Positions 9,589-22,517 are shown, counted from the stretch's first letter. The stretch is DNA of 64,000 nucleotides from Myxococcota bacterium (GCA_040386535.1 JAZKFH010000011.1:76473-140472), one strand, 5' to 3'. Program-made: numbers and translations. Notes: generated by a model not told the origin, from the sequence alone.

Positions 9589-9927
9589 TCAGCGACAGTC
9601 GGCGCTGAACTCGCGGATGTCCACCGTGACGAGCGTGCCGCCGGGGTGCGACGCAAACATCTCCGCGACGAACCGTTCGGCGCTGGTGCTGCGGGCCGTG
9701 GCCGGCGCGTCGGCGCGCACCTCGAAGCCGCCCTCGCGGGCGTTCGGGTAGACGTATGTGTCATACAGGTACCAATACTCGAGCGCGCGGCAGGCGCCGG
9801 GATTCAGATCGGCGAAGATGGCGCCGACTTCCTGGTAGTTCTGCGTGATCTTCACGCGGACCTCCGGGTTGATCTCGGCGGCGGCGGGAGGGGTGGCAGA
9901 GAGCGCGAGCGCGAGGAACAGGGACAT
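9589..9927 (-). CDS. Small secreted protein, paralog of 10020-10385
   Basis: Signal peptide (AAA/EINP), EYWYLY motif, GGAG RBS. Confidence 0.8.
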   Translation of the reverse strand: MSLFLALALSATPPAAAEINPEVRVKITQNYQEVGAIFADLNPGACRALEYWYLYDTYVYPNAREGGFEVRADAPATARSTSAERFVAEMFASHPGGTLVTVDIREFSADCR

Positions 9928-10019
9928 GGGGCTCCGTTGGTGGACGGCGAGGGGTGGGCGATCAGATGGCAGATTTGGTAGCGGCGGCCGGATGTGTCAG
10001 CGGGCGACTTCCGGATGTC

Positions 10020-10385
10020 TCAGCGGGTGGTCTGGCGGGAGTCGAACTCGCGGGTCTCGGTCGACCACGACTCCATCAGGCGGCCCTTCGGGTGGGCCGC
10101 CCAGGCGGCGCGCATCCACACGTCGAGGTCACGCTCGGCGTCGGCCGCGGGCCGGAGCGCGAAGCTCGCGTCGGTGCGCACGTCCACGAACGCGAAGCCC
10201 TCGTAGAGGAACCAGTATTCGACGTAGTGGGCGGGGTCCTGGCCCGCGGGCACGAACACCTCGCCGGCCTCGCGGCCGCCTTGGTACAGGACGAAGTCAC
10301 CCGGGTCGATCTGGGCGGCGGCAGGAGCGGACTGAAGCCCCGCGAGGGCGAGGACGGCGGTGAGGAAGAGACGGGAACGGGTCAT
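10020..10385 (-). CDS. Small secreted protein, paralog of 9589-9927
   Basis: Signal peptide (AAA/QIDP), EYWFLY motif, GAGGTG RBS before ATG 10385. Confidence 0.8.
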   Translation of the reverse strand: MTRSRLFLTAVLALAGLQSAPAAAQIDPGDFVLYQGGREAGEVFVPAGQDPAHYVEYWFLYEGFAFVDVRTDASFALRPAADAERDLDVWMRAAWAAHPKGRLMESWSTETREFDSRQTTR

Positions 10386-10574
10386 GAACACCTCTGTCCT
10401 GGAGCAGTGCAGGACCCGTGCCAGGGGTGACCGTGCCCCGGGGCACGGGGGGAGGCCGATCTTTCGCGCGCTACCGGTGGCGGAGGGCGCGCGGGAGGTG
10501 CGCGCTCATTGCGCGCGCGTGAATACCCCCCGCCTCCCGACGTACCACCGCCCCCCCAACCCCAAGGGATCCCC

Positions 10575-11585
10575 ATGCCGTACACCCTCCTCCTCCTCCT
10601 CGCCGCCTGCACGGGCGCCCCGACCGACACCGACAAGGACGCCGACACCGCTGGCGACACCGACACCGCCACCCCGGTCGACGCCGATGCCGACGGCTCC
10701 CCGGTCGAGGAGGACTGCGACGATGCCGATGCGACCGTGAATCCCAGCGCCCCAGAGGTGCCGTGGGACGACATCGACAATGACTGCGCGGGCGGCGATG
10801 ACCGGGGTTGGCTCGACGTGTCCGCGGTCGGCTCCGTGGCGTGCGGGGTGGACCGTGCGGGCGCCGCGCGCTGCTGGGGGGATGTCGACGGGCGCGGGTT
10901 GGAGGACATCCCGGCGGGGCCGTTCACCCAGATCGCGCTCGGCGACGACTTCGCCTGCGCGCTCGACGCGGCCGGGGTGGCTACGTGCTGGGGGGCCGAC
11001 CCGACGCTCTCCGGCGAGGCCTTCGCGAACATCGACGCCGCGGGGGCCCACCTCTGCGGCGCGCGGCTCGACGGGAGCGTGGAGTGTTCGTTCGACGTCT
11101 CGCCGGACGGCCCCGTCGTCGCCGGAACCTGGTCCTCGGCGGCGGCGGGGATGGCGTACGCCTGCGCCCTGGATGCGAGCGGTGGCCTCGACTGTTGGAA
11201 CGCCGGAATCGGGGGTGGCAGCGACTTCGGGCAGGCGGTGGCGCCGGACGGCCAGTATGTCGCCGTCGACGCTGGCCCGTACCATGCGTGCGCCCTCACC
11301 ACGGCCGGCACCGTGACGTGTTGGGGGCTCGACAGTGACGGCCGCACGATCTCCCCCGCCGGGGCGTACACCGCGCTCTCCGTCGGCGGCGAGCACGCGT
11401 GCGCCGTCGACGCTGCCGGCGCCCTGACGTGCTGGGGGTCGAACGGGTACGGGCAATCGGACGCCCCCGCCGGCCCGTTCGCGTCCGTGTCGGCCGGCAA
11501 CAACCTGTCGTGCGGCCTGCGTGTCGATGGGGCGGTGGCATGTTGGGGGGCGAACGGGGATGGGCAGTTGGAAGTGCCGCGGTGA
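10575..11585 (+). CDS. Lipoprotein with MopE-like putative metal-binding motif and RCC1-like repeats
   Basis: Lipobox LLAAC; DADADG...DCDD.DATVNP.APE...DDIDNDC; repeated HACAL...G.V.CWG.N..GQ. Confidence 0.88.
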   Translation: MPYTLLLLLAACTGAPTDTDKDADTAGDTDTATPVDADADGSPVEEDCDDADATVNPSAPEVPWDDIDNDCAGGDDRGWLDVSAVGSVACGVDRAGAARCWGDVDGRGLEDIPAGPFTQIALGDDFACALDAAGVATCWGADPTLSGEAFANIDAAGAHLCGARLDGSVECSFDVSPDGPVVAGTWSSAAAGMAYACALDASGGLDCWNAGIGGGSDFGQAVAPDGQYVAVDAGPYHACALTTAGTVTCWGLDSDGRTISPAGAYTALSVGGEHACAVDAAGALTCWGSNGYGQSDAPAGPFASVSAGNNLSCGLRVDGAVACWGANGDGQLEVPR

Positions 11586-11615
11586 GGTGGAGCGCTCGCC
11601 TCCGCTTCGGGCGGC

Positions 11616-11951
11616 CTACCGGCGTGCGCCACACCCTCCGGTAACCCTGGCGCCGTCCACCACGAACGGCGGCCGAGCGTCCGCGCGTTTGGTGGCACGG
11701 TGTGTACCCGTGACCGTGACCTCCTTCCCATCGCAGTCCCGGAGGAGGCTCCAGAACGCGAGCAGGTCGGCCTGCTCCTGCCGTGGCATCTCAAGGGACA
11801 CCACGCTGCCGTCCCCAAACACGAGGGCCGCGCCGATGTTGACCCGGTCTTCAGCCGGGCTGGCTCCGTACCCCGGTGAGCCGTAGCGCCATCGCCGCTC
11901 GAGGGTGCCGGTGAGCACGTACCGGGTCGTCGCGCCGCCCCCTCCTCCCAC
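11616..11951 (-). CDS. Hypothetical protein, DUF4431-like (may be a fragment)
   Basis: VLTGTLERRWRYGSPGYG and GKEVTVTG resemble the DUF4431/OB-fold pattern; start doubtful. Confidence 0.35.
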   Translation of the reverse strand: MGGGGGATTRYVLTGTLERRWRYGSPGYGASPAEDRVNIGAALVFGDGSVVSLEMPRQEQADLLAFWSLLRDCDGKEVTVTGTHRATKRADARPPFVVDGARVTGGCGARR

Positions 11952-12012
11952 CGAGGCGCCCTCCCTGTTCGGGCGCCCGCTCCAGTCGCCCCCCTCGGGT
12001 TAGTCGCGTCGC

Positions 12013-12573
12013 ATGTCGCTCCTGCTCACCCTCGCCTTCGCGTGCGCCCCGACCACCCCCGCCCCCGTCGAGGTCGCGGCTCCGGCTCCTGATTTTCCCA
12101 TCACCGCGCTGCCCGCCTGCGAGCTGCTCCCCGCGGGCACCGACATCGACGTGCGGTCCGGCTGTGCGCTTGGCGTGTGCCCGGACATGACCTACGCCGA
12201 GTTCACGGCGATCCTCGGCGAGCCGGACGACTGCGACCCCACGTTCAGCGACAAGATCGAGTGTGTGTGGGCCGCCGGGGTGTCCGCCAACTTCACGGAC
12301 GCCGACGGGGACGAGCTCGTGGAGGACACGTCCACGAATTCGTTCGTGTACGTCGAGGATCCGGGGCTCGCGTCGCCGGAGGGGCTCGGCCTCGGCGTGA
12401 GCCTGCAATGTTTCTTCGACCAGCTGGGCCTCGCGGAGGACGTGTCCCTCGACATCGACGAGCTGGAAGGGGACACGTACTTCGTCGAGGGCCTCACCTA
12501 CGCGTTCGGGCTGTACCTCCACGCCGAGGCGGACGGACGCTGCGACCACTTCGGGATGACCGGTCCCGACTGA
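12013..12573 (+). CDS. Acidic Cys-rich lipoprotein
   Basis: Lipobox LAFAC, EF-hand-like DADGDE, strong GC3 bias. Confidence 0.8.
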   Translation: MSLLLTLAFACAPTTPAPVEVAAPAPDFPITALPACELLPAGTDIDVRSGCALGVCPDMTYAEFTAILGEPDDCDPTFSDKIECVWAAGVSANFTDADGDELVEDTSTNSFVYVEDPGLASPEGLGLGVSLQCFFDQLGLAEDVSLDIDELEGDTYFVEGLTYAFGLYLHAEADGRCDHFGMTGPD

Positions 12574-12682
12574 CGACAAGCTGCTCACAGGGCGCGGGCG
12601 GCGCCGCCCTGGGCGCCGGCGGCCCCGATGCGGCGGAGACCACGGCTGGTTCGTGGTGGGGCCCGATGCCACGCGCGGACGA

Positions 12683-12830
12683 CCGTCCGAAGTCCAGGGA
12701 TGCACACCCATCCCTCGACTTGTGACGGATATACCGGCCGAAGTCCAGGGATGCGCGGTCATCCTTCGAGTCTGGACGGACATAGCGTCCGAGGTCGGAG
12801 GATGCAGGTTCATCCCTCGACCTCGGACGG
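12683..12830. repeat. Tandem array of three 51-bp palindromic units
   Basis: CCGTCCGAAGTCCAGGGATG-N6-CATCCCTCGACTTGTGACGG-type units at 12683, 12734, 12785. Confidence 0.8.
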
Positions 12831-12929
12831 AACCGAGGTCCCCGAGCGCCGCGACGCCGAGCGACGCCACCACATACCGCCCCCAGGGGCGGCCGAATTC
12901 GAAAAACCTCAACGAGCGCGCGCTCACGG

Positions 12930-13095
12930 GGCGCACCCCGCGCGGACGCGGGGCGGGCGCCTTGCGGGGTCGGGCTCGCGCCCTCCGTCGGCCGGCTGCG
13001 TGCCGGCCGACGGGCGCGGGCGGTCGGTTTCGGCGTGGTATCGAGGTCGGGCGGGGCCCGCGCCCCCCTCCAGCCGCCCTTGCGCGGGGAGGGGT
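12930..13095. repeat. Dispersed GC-rich modular repeat
   Basis: Blocks GCGCACCCCGCGCGGACGCGGGGCGGG, GTCGGCCGGC..GCCGGCCGAC and CCCCCCTCCAGCC.CCCTTGCGCGGGGA recur inverted at about 23970-24295 and partly at about 14210-14230. Confidence 0.65.
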
Positions 13096-14437
13096 CGTGC
13101 GGCGCCTCCTCGTCGACGCGGCGTGACCGCGGCGCGGCCACCTTCGGCGATCCACCGAATTGGTGGCACCTGGGGTGCGCGAAGGCGGCCGCCGCCGCGC
13201 GTACCGCTCGGGCCGCCGCCCCGTGGACGAAGTCGGGGCACTTGGATCTGACCGTACCAATCAGACAACCGACCTTTCACGGCGATAAAGCTGGCCGGCG
13301 CCGCTAAAACACCGCGTGGGCGTCGTCAGGTAGACGTACGCCCGCTTTCTCGACACGCGGCGTGGGCATGCGTCCCCACCGCCGCTGACACGAGCCTGGC
13401 GTCCCTCCTCGCGGTCGCGAAGCCGCGAGTCGGCTTGCCAACGTCACGGCGAGGTAAATCGTTTGCCGCGTTCCGCCCCGCTCGACCCCGAGGGCGACGG
13501 GGAGATCACGCCCAGCGGCGCCCACTCGCGGAGCGCCCGCCCCGACTTTGTCTGGAGCCCGAGATGACGCGGCTGCAGGGTGGCACCCGGGACGGAGCCC
13601 AACAAAGGGTCGCGTCCAGCCGATCCTACTTGCCCTTGACGGGTCCAGATCACGGCGGCGTCCGCTGGCTCCATTGGCGAACGTTCCCCCTCCGGTGACG
13701 CCGAGCGGCCAACATCCGAAATGATCCCGCCTCCGTGCCACGCGGCCAACATCCGCGATCATCCGGAATGATCCCGCCTCCGTGACCGCCACGCGGCCAA
13801 TGCTGGCATCGTCCGAGTTGGTAGCGGTGCAGCCGGGCTGCGCGAAGCCGCGGCGGCCGCGCGATCCGCGTCCCGCGCGGGCGGTCGCCTTGGGGCCCGC
13901 TCCTCAATGACGTCCGCATTCGGCCGCCCCTGGGCTCGCGTCCGCGGCGTCGCTCGTCGGTCACATGCCTACGGGCATGCTCCCTCCTCGCTCCTTGCGT
14001 CCGCGGCCCAGGCTCGCCCTCGGTGCTGGACATTATTTCCGGGCGGACCCTTGGCGCCCGCCACTCTGTGAGGACCAGTGACCTCGGCATGCACACGTCC
14101 CCGGCGCGCGCAGGAAGAGGTACCCACGCAACCGCCCACCGGGCGCGGGCGGCGCCGCTCGGGGCGCCGGGGCACCGCGCCCAGCGCCGGTCGCCCAAAC
14201 GCCCCCCTCCAGCCCCCCTTGCGCGGGGACGTGGTCCGCGCGACACGACCGCCCCGCGCCCTGCCCGCACGCTGAAATCGCCCGCCGCCCGAACTCCACC
14301 CAGGTGTAGCCCCGGCGCCCGGGGTGGCGCTCCACGGGCTGGCTCGTCGTCATCCAGTCTATTACCCTTGCCGACCCTGCCTCGGGAAGCTCCGATTGAT
14401 CAAGCTCTTCGCGCGTGGGCATCCGCGGCACGCAATC

Positions 14438-15112
14438 ATGACACGCCGCGCGGAGCCAACGGATCGCCCGTTCGGGTGGGTGGGCGTGGGTGTGGTCCTC
14501 CTCGTCGTCATCCTCGTTCCGTTCGTCGTGCTTGCAGAGCCGCTCGACTCCTACGTACGCGAGCTGCTGGCCGTCTCTCGCGGGAGCTGGCCCACCGCCG
14601 TGATTCTGGGCGGGCTGCTCGCCGGCGACATCTTCCTCCCCATTCCCTCCTCCATCGTGAGCGTAGCCGCGGGGCACGAGCTCGGGCTCGAACGCGGGGC
14701 ACTCACCATCTGGATCGGGGCGACGGCTGGCAACCTCGCCGGCTACCTGCTCGCGCGCGCCGTCGGTCCCGGGAGCCTGTCACGCATCGTCGGCCCGAAG
14801 CAGGCACGACGGGCGGGCGATCTCGCTGGCGTGGGGCGCGGGTCCGTCTTGGTCGTGGCCGTCACGCGCGCTGTCCCCGTCCTCGGGGAGGCGACGGTGC
14901 TCCTGGCCGGAGCCACACGGATGCCCTTCCCTCGGTTCCTCGCGGCCGCGGCGGCAGGCAACCTGACCGTCGCCATCGGCTACGCGTGCATCGGCGCGTG
15001 GGCGGCGGCGCGAGAAGCTCCCTGGCTTGCGCTTGGTGCAGGGCTGGCGCTGCCGGCCGTCGCGGGCCTCACATTCCGTGCCCTCCGCCGCTGGACACCG
15101 CGCGAGCCGTGA
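14438..15112 (+). CDS. DedA/VTT (SNARE-associated) membrane protein
   Basis: LLAGDIFLPIPSS, GATAGNLAGYLLAR, TRAVPVLGE...LAGATRMPFPRF. Confidence 0.88.
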   Translation: MTRRAEPTDRPFGWVGVGVVLLVVILVPFVVLAEPLDSYVRELLAVSRGSWPTAVILGGLLAGDIFLPIPSSIVSVAAGHELGLERGALTIWIGATAGNLAGYLLARAVGPGSLSRIVGPKQARRAGDLAGVGRGSVLVVAVTRAVPVLGEATVLLAGATRMPFPRFLAAAAAGNLTVAIGYACIGAWAAAREAPWLALGAGLALPAVAGLTFRALRRWTPREP

Positions 15113-16105
15113 TCAGGCCTCGCGCTCGTAGGCCGGCACGTAGCAGAAGGTGGGCCCGGGGTACTCGGTCGTGTCGGTCGGCCCGGACGCCACCGGCCCG
15201 CTGCGACGAAGCTCGGCGGCGCGGCGCTCCATCGCCAGCATCGCGGGCCCGGCCGAGGCGTAGAGGTTGGGCGCCTCCATCCGGAACGCGGCGGACAGTC
15301 CGTCGACCAGCTCGCTGTAGGCGGAGTTGAAGGCGTGGTTCAGTCGGAGCTGATCGCTCGAGTAGCGGTGGAGCTGGAGGCTGGGATCCGTGACGAGGCA
15401 CGCGGTGTCGGGGGGATGGGACGCAACGACGCGGCGGAGCTCGGAGAAGCGCTCCAGGTGGGAGGGCTCCGTCGGCGGCGGGCCCCCTTCCAACACGGTG
15501 GCGTCGCCCTGGACCACGATCTCGTCGATCATCGCCTCGGCCTGGGCCCGCCGTTCGGCGTGGGTGAGCGCGGTCACCGCGATCAGCTTGCCACCCGACT
15601 GGGGCTTCCCCATGACCAGCTGCCTGCGGGGCTTGATCCCATCCTCCGGCACGTTGCCGAGCGCATCGCGGATCGCCCCGTAGAACTGGGAGATCGAGGC
15701 GGGACCGCCCCGGAGGTGGCTGTGGAGCCGACGTGGCACCTCCTCTCGGGTGGGGGCACGCGCCTCGATCCGGATGAACAAGTCCAGGGCGGGGATGGAC
15801 CAAGGCAGCAGCCGAAGCACCAGGGTCCCATCATCGAGGTTCCCTGGGGCCGGCGCGGGGTAGCGGGGCGCCACGTCCGGGCCGAACCGAGGCTCGCCGC
15901 CGAGCGCGTTCAGCAGGTTGCACGCCATGCCCAGGTGCAGCATCTCCTCGCCGATCACCCGGCGGATGGCGCGCGCCTCCGGACCGACGGGGTCGACCAG
16001 CGACCAGCATGCGTAGAGGTACGGGGGCAGGGTGGCCCACTCGAGCTCGATGGCTGTCTGCAGGTCCGCGTAGAGCAATTGGGCGTCCGGCACCGGGTCT
16101 GTCAT
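15113..16105 (-). CDS. Ferritin-like domain protein (VioB/RebD/StaD C-terminal type)
   Basis: LQTAIELEWATLPPYLYACWSL, EEMLHLGMACNLLNALGG.P, FIRIE, SISQFY, IVVQG, SHLERF. Confidence 0.9.
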   Translation of the reverse strand: MTDPVPDAQLLYADLQTAIELEWATLPPYLYACWSLVDPVGPEARAIRRVIGEEMLHLGMACNLLNALGGEPRFGPDVAPRYPAPAPGNLDDGTLVLRLLPWSIPALDLFIRIEARAPTREEVPRRLHSHLRGGPASISQFYGAIRDALGNVPEDGIKPRRQLVMGKPQSGGKLIAVTALTHAERRAQAEAMIDEIVVQGDATVLEGGPPPTEPSHLERFSELRRVVASHPPDTACLVTDPSLQLHRYSSDQLRLNHAFNSAYSELVDGLSAAFRMEAPNLYASAGPAMLAMERRAAELRRSGPVASGPTDTTEYPGPTFCYVPAYEREA

Positions 16106-16225
16106 CCGAACTCCAGGCTTGTTGGTTCGAGGGCCGCATAGTATCCTCCCCGCAGACCCGCGGAATGTGGGTCAGGACATGTGGTTCACGACCCACATTT
16201 CGTGAACCCGGACGGAGCGAGCCCG

Positions 16226-18106
16226 ATGCGAACACCTGCCTTGCCGCGGATCTTTTTTCGTGGCGTCGTCGAAGCGAATGTGCCGACCGGCAACAACCAA
16301 TATCCCCCGCCCCTGGTCGACATCCCCGGCGCGGGCCTCAACCCGGTGGTGCAGGCGGATGACGCGGCGGTCCGGCGCTCGTTGATGAACGCGGACGCGG
16401 GCGGCGGCTACGGCCAGGGCGGTTGGAACTACTTCGGTGACAACGGCTTCATCTTTCGCGGCACGAAGGTGACCGGGGTCCAGTGGGCGGACGGGGCCGT
16501 GGTGCATCACCCGGAGGAGGATGCGCTGATCGGCCAGGACGTGGATCTCCTGGGGCACACGAGCCCGACGGCCACCCGGCGGACCGCACCGGTGACGATC
16601 GACGTGGACCCCCTGAGTGACTGGGCCTCGTTCGTGCTGGCCGATGTGTTCCGCATCGGCACCGCCAAGGGAACGGCCCTCGCTGCCAGCGGCTTGAGCA
16701 TGGGCACCATGCGGTGGGTCAGCATGGCACGAAACCTCTACCTCCGCGGGGAAGGGGGGGAAGGCGCCATGATGCAGTTCGTGGCCACCAGGGACGGCGA
16801 TGGCGGGATCGAGCTGCCCGGCGCGGACTCCCCCGTGCTCGCCCAACTCGCGGCTTGCCTGGCGCCCGGCGGGGGGGCCGACGGCGTCTCCATCCTGCTC
16901 GCCCTCTACAACTTCAACCTCGAGCTGAAGTCGGCGTTGGAGCTGCAGACCGCGTTCGCCCAGGGGCGCTACCTCACCAACCCCGCGATGGGCTTCATGG
17001 TGGGGACCGTCCAAGCCTGGAGCCGCGACCAACCCACCCAGATCCCCCTCGGGCGCTACCTGGGGCCGACCGACCTTGCCCTGGACGCCCGCAAGGGGGC
17101 GAAGGCGGTCTTCCCGGGGCCCGCCCTCGTGCAGCCCGGAACGCGGCCGGGCTTCGTGACGGTCAACCTGATGAACACCGTGCCCGAGGTCGACGCGACA
17201 CAAACCAAGGTTGACCCCGGCGCCCTGTTCCTGGAGTGGGTCCCGGACAAGGGGGGGCTCCCCCTCCGCGTCAACCCGGAGCCCCTCCCGACGGACCGCG
17301 AGTCCTATCTCGCCACGTCCGGCCTGATCGACCTGCCGACACAGCTCGACGTGCGCTGGTCCGAGGGGCGCTTCCGCATCGTGGGGCCGGGCACGTCCCC
17401 CTCCTTCGCGCCGAGGGTCCTGCTGGACGAACGCGAGCGGATCGTCACCACCGACCAGTGGGCCACCTACCTCGACCACGGGGAGCGCAAGCCAATGGAG
17501 CTCCGCGCCTACCGGCGGGGCGCGCCCGATGCCCACGCGACCCTGACGGTGCGCCAGTACCGGCTCATCCCCACGAGCTTCCCCACAACGGCCGACCTCG
17601 AGCTCTCCGCGTGCCTCGTCGGGCCGGACGATCCCACCGTGACCCCCGTGGTGGCCCATCGGACCGAGGTGCGGACGGACGAACGCGGCTGCGCGCGGCT
17701 CGAGCTCCGCGGTGACATCCCCGGCACCTGCCTGCTGCGCTTCTGGGCGGAGGCGGATTCCCCCACTTTCAAATGGGTCCCCGCGCCGATGGACTTCTAC
17801 GCGAACGTGCGCGTGCTTCCGTTGGACGACGAGTTGGCAACCCTGCCCGCCACCTGGGAGAACGTCTACACCAAGGTGCTGCGCTACTACTTCCTGGCCT
17901 ACCCCGCCATGTCGCAGTACATCCCCTTCAACCGGGAAGAGAGCGTACGCGCCGCGGCCGGCGCCATCCTGGAGCGGCTCTCGTCGAAGGGCTGGCACCG
18001 CACCACCTACATGCCGGTGACCCGCGAGATGTCGAGGGGCAAGCGCGAGCTCCTGCGGCGCTGGTGCGAGCTGCAGCTCGCGGACCTGCGGCCCCCCGAC
18101 CGCTGA
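16226..18106 (+). CDS. VioB/StaD (chromopyrrolate synthase family) N-terminal-like protein lacking the ferritin domain
   Basis: LPRIFFRG...NVPTGNN, GWNYFGDN, VYTKVLRYYFLAYPAMS, YMPVTREMS.GKRELL..W. GGAG RBS favours ATG 16226 over GTG 16181. Confidence 0.75.
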   Translation: MRTPALPRIFFRGVVEANVPTGNNQYPPPLVDIPGAGLNPVVQADDAAVRRSLMNADAGGGYGQGGWNYFGDNGFIFRGTKVTGVQWADGAVVHHPEEDALIGQDVDLLGHTSPTATRRTAPVTIDVDPLSDWASFVLADVFRIGTAKGTALAASGLSMGTMRWVSMARNLYLRGEGGEGAMMQFVATRDGDGGIELPGADSPVLAQLAACLAPGGGADGVSILLALYNFNLELKSALELQTAFAQGRYLTNPAMGFMVGTVQAWSRDQPTQIPLGRYLGPTDLALDARKGAKAVFPGPALVQPGTRPGFVTVNLMNTVPEVDATQTKVDPGALFLEWVPDKGGLPLRVNPEPLPTDRESYLATSGLIDLPTQLDVRWSEGRFRIVGPGTSPSFAPRVLLDERERIVTTDQWATYLDHGERKPMELRAYRRGAPDAHATLTVRQYRLIPTSFPTTADLELSACLVGPDDPTVTPVVAHRTEVRTDERGCARLELRGDIPGTCLLRFWAEADSPTFKWVPAPMDFYANVRVLPLDDELATLPATWENVYTKVLRYYFLAYPAMSQYIPFNREESVRAAAGAILERLSSKGWHRTTYMPVTREMSRGKRELLRRWCELQLADLRPPDR

Positions 18107-18133
18107 GGCTGGGCGGGCGTCGCCCCTCCCCGA

Positions 18134-18721
18134 TCACACCTTCACACCCGCCGGCACCGCCTCCCGCCGCCACGCATCCGCCACCATCGAACGCGTACGC
18201 GCAGCGACGTCATTCACGGGCAACCCGTCCTGGCGGAGCTCCTCCAACACGAGCGCCGGCATGATGCGATCGATGACCATACACATGCGGGCGCAGTCGC
18301 GGTAGCCACGGTCCGCCACCTGCGCGGTGGCGTCGTCGCCGAGGGACGAGGCGGTGGTGTGTAGCATCAGGTAGGCGATGGCACAGTGGCTGAAGAAGGT
18401 GTAGTCGTCGCGGATCGACTTGGACGCCTCCTCCGGCCGCACCGCGTTGATCACGCCGGCGGCCATGCCGGCGACACGGGTGACGGCCTCCTTGACCCGC
18501 GCGGTCGCGGTGCCGCCGAGGGTCTTGAGCCGGGCGTCGAGCGCGGCGTCGTGGCTGTGGAGCACCTGGCTGAACTCCCGCACGGCCTGCAGGGCCTCCG
18601 GGTGCCCCTCGTTCTTCAGGTTCGAGATCTGCTGGTCGATGACCTGCAGCCCGTGCTTCACGAGGCTCTGCACGTCACTCACGTAGGTCTGGAGCGTATC
18701 GGTCCGGGTCGCGGTCGCCAT
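18134..18721 (-). CDS. Ferritin-like four-helix protein (DUF892/YciF-like)
   Basis: YVSDV...H, H...LDARLKTLGG, IRDDYT...AIAYLMLHTTA; AGGAG RBS. Confidence 0.7.
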   Translation of the reverse strand: MATATRTDTLQTYVSDVQSLVKHGLQVIDQQISNLKNEGHPEALQAVREFSQVLHSHDAALDARLKTLGGTATARVKEAVTRVAGMAAGVINAVRPEEASKSIRDDYTFFSHCAIAYLMLHTTASSLGDDATAQVADRGYRDCARMCMVIDRIMPALVLEELRQDGLPVNDVAARTRSMVADAWRREAVPAGVKV

Positions 18722-18833
18722 CGGTTCTCCTGGGAATGTGTCCGCGCAAACCTGCACACCCCTCTCGCGCGCGTCGAGCCCCGCGGTCGTTGCCCCGCAC
18801 CCTCCGCCCCAACCGGCTAGCTTCCCCCCGCCC

Positions 18834-21488
<2,655 letters not shown>

Positions 21489-21515
21489 CCGCGACCGACC
21501 GGCAGGAGCGCCCGC

Positions 21516-22517
21516 ATGTACGACCAATACCCACCCTACGTCCCCGTCGCCCAGCGCCGCGCCGAGGCCGCCCGCCACGCCCAGGCGAGCAGCAAGAAGG
21601 GCGTCCCGCTCTCGCCCGTCGTCATCACCGGGCGTCTCATCGCAACGTCGTTCTGGGGCAAGGCCTGGTGCGCCGCCATGGAGTCCTACGGCGACTACGC
21701 CAACCGCCTCCCCCGCGGCCGCACCTACGCGCGCAACGGCTCCGTGGTCGACCTGCGCGTCGAGCCGGGCCTCGTGAGCGCCGCCGTGAGCGGCTCCCAA
21801 CTGTACCGCACGACCGTCAAGGTGACAGCGCTCGCCCCGGACCGGTGGCGCGCCGTCGTCGATCAGCACGCGGCGCAAGTCTCCTCCCTGGTCGATCTGC
21901 TCCAGGGCAAGCTCCCCGCCTCGCTCCTCGGCGCATTGAGCGACCGCTCCAGCGGCCTGTTCCCCGGCCCGCGTGAGCTCAAGTTCGGCTGTTCGTGCCC
22001 CGACGCGGCGTCGATGTGTAAACACGTCGCGGCCGTGCTCTACGGCGTCGGCGCCCGCCTCGACCACGATCCCGGCCTCTTCTTCCTCCTCCGCGGCGTC
22101 GACGCCTCCGACCTCGCCGTGCGCGGCGCGGCGGTCGGCTTCACGACGGCCACTGGTGACGACGATCTGCTCGGGGCGGACCTCGGGAGCTTGTTCGGGA
22201 TCGATCTTGGGGGGGAGGCCGCGGCGGTTCCGGCGCCGGCGGCGGTGGTGCCGGCGGTGGCGCCCAAGTCGGTACTCGAGTCGATCCCGGCGCCTCCCAA
22301 GCCGGCGAAGAAGCAAGCGAGCCCCCGCTCCAAGGCGGTGGAGCGGGCCACGATGTCCACCGCCGATCTCGACCGCATCGGCATCGACACCCGTACGGTC
22401 GCGTCCTGGCTCGAGTCGGGCGTGCTGTTGCCTACGCCCGCGGCGGGCGTCTACATGCCCACCGCCGCGACGGGGGCCCACCTCCGCGCCTACCTCGCGC
22501 GTGGCACTCGGCGCTGA
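21516..22517 (+). CDS. SWIM zinc-finger protein (SNF2 partner)
   Basis: FWGKAWC, NRLPRGRTYARNGSV, CSCPDAASMCKHVAA. Confidence 0.92.
   Translation: MYDQYPPYVPVAQRRAEAARHAQASSKKGVPLSPVVITGRLIATSFWGKAWCAAMESYGDYANRLPRGRTYARNGSVVDLRVEPGLVSAAVSGSQLYRTTVKVTALAPDRWRAVVDQHAAQVSSLVDLLQGKLPASLLGALSDRSSGLFPGPRELKFGCSCPDAASMCKHVAAVLYGVGARLDHDPGLFFLLRGVDASDLAVRGAAVGFTTATGDDDLLGADLGSLFGIDLGGEAAAVPAPAAVVPAVAPKSVLESIPAPPKPAKKQASPRSKAVERATMSTADLDRIGIDTRTVASWLESGVLLPTPAAGVYMPTAATGAHLRAYLARGTRR

Noticed and set aside
15113..18106. Violacein/indolocarbazole biosynthetic cluster
   Set aside because: No VioA/StaO oxidase, VioE, P450, halogenase or monooxygenase adjacent.
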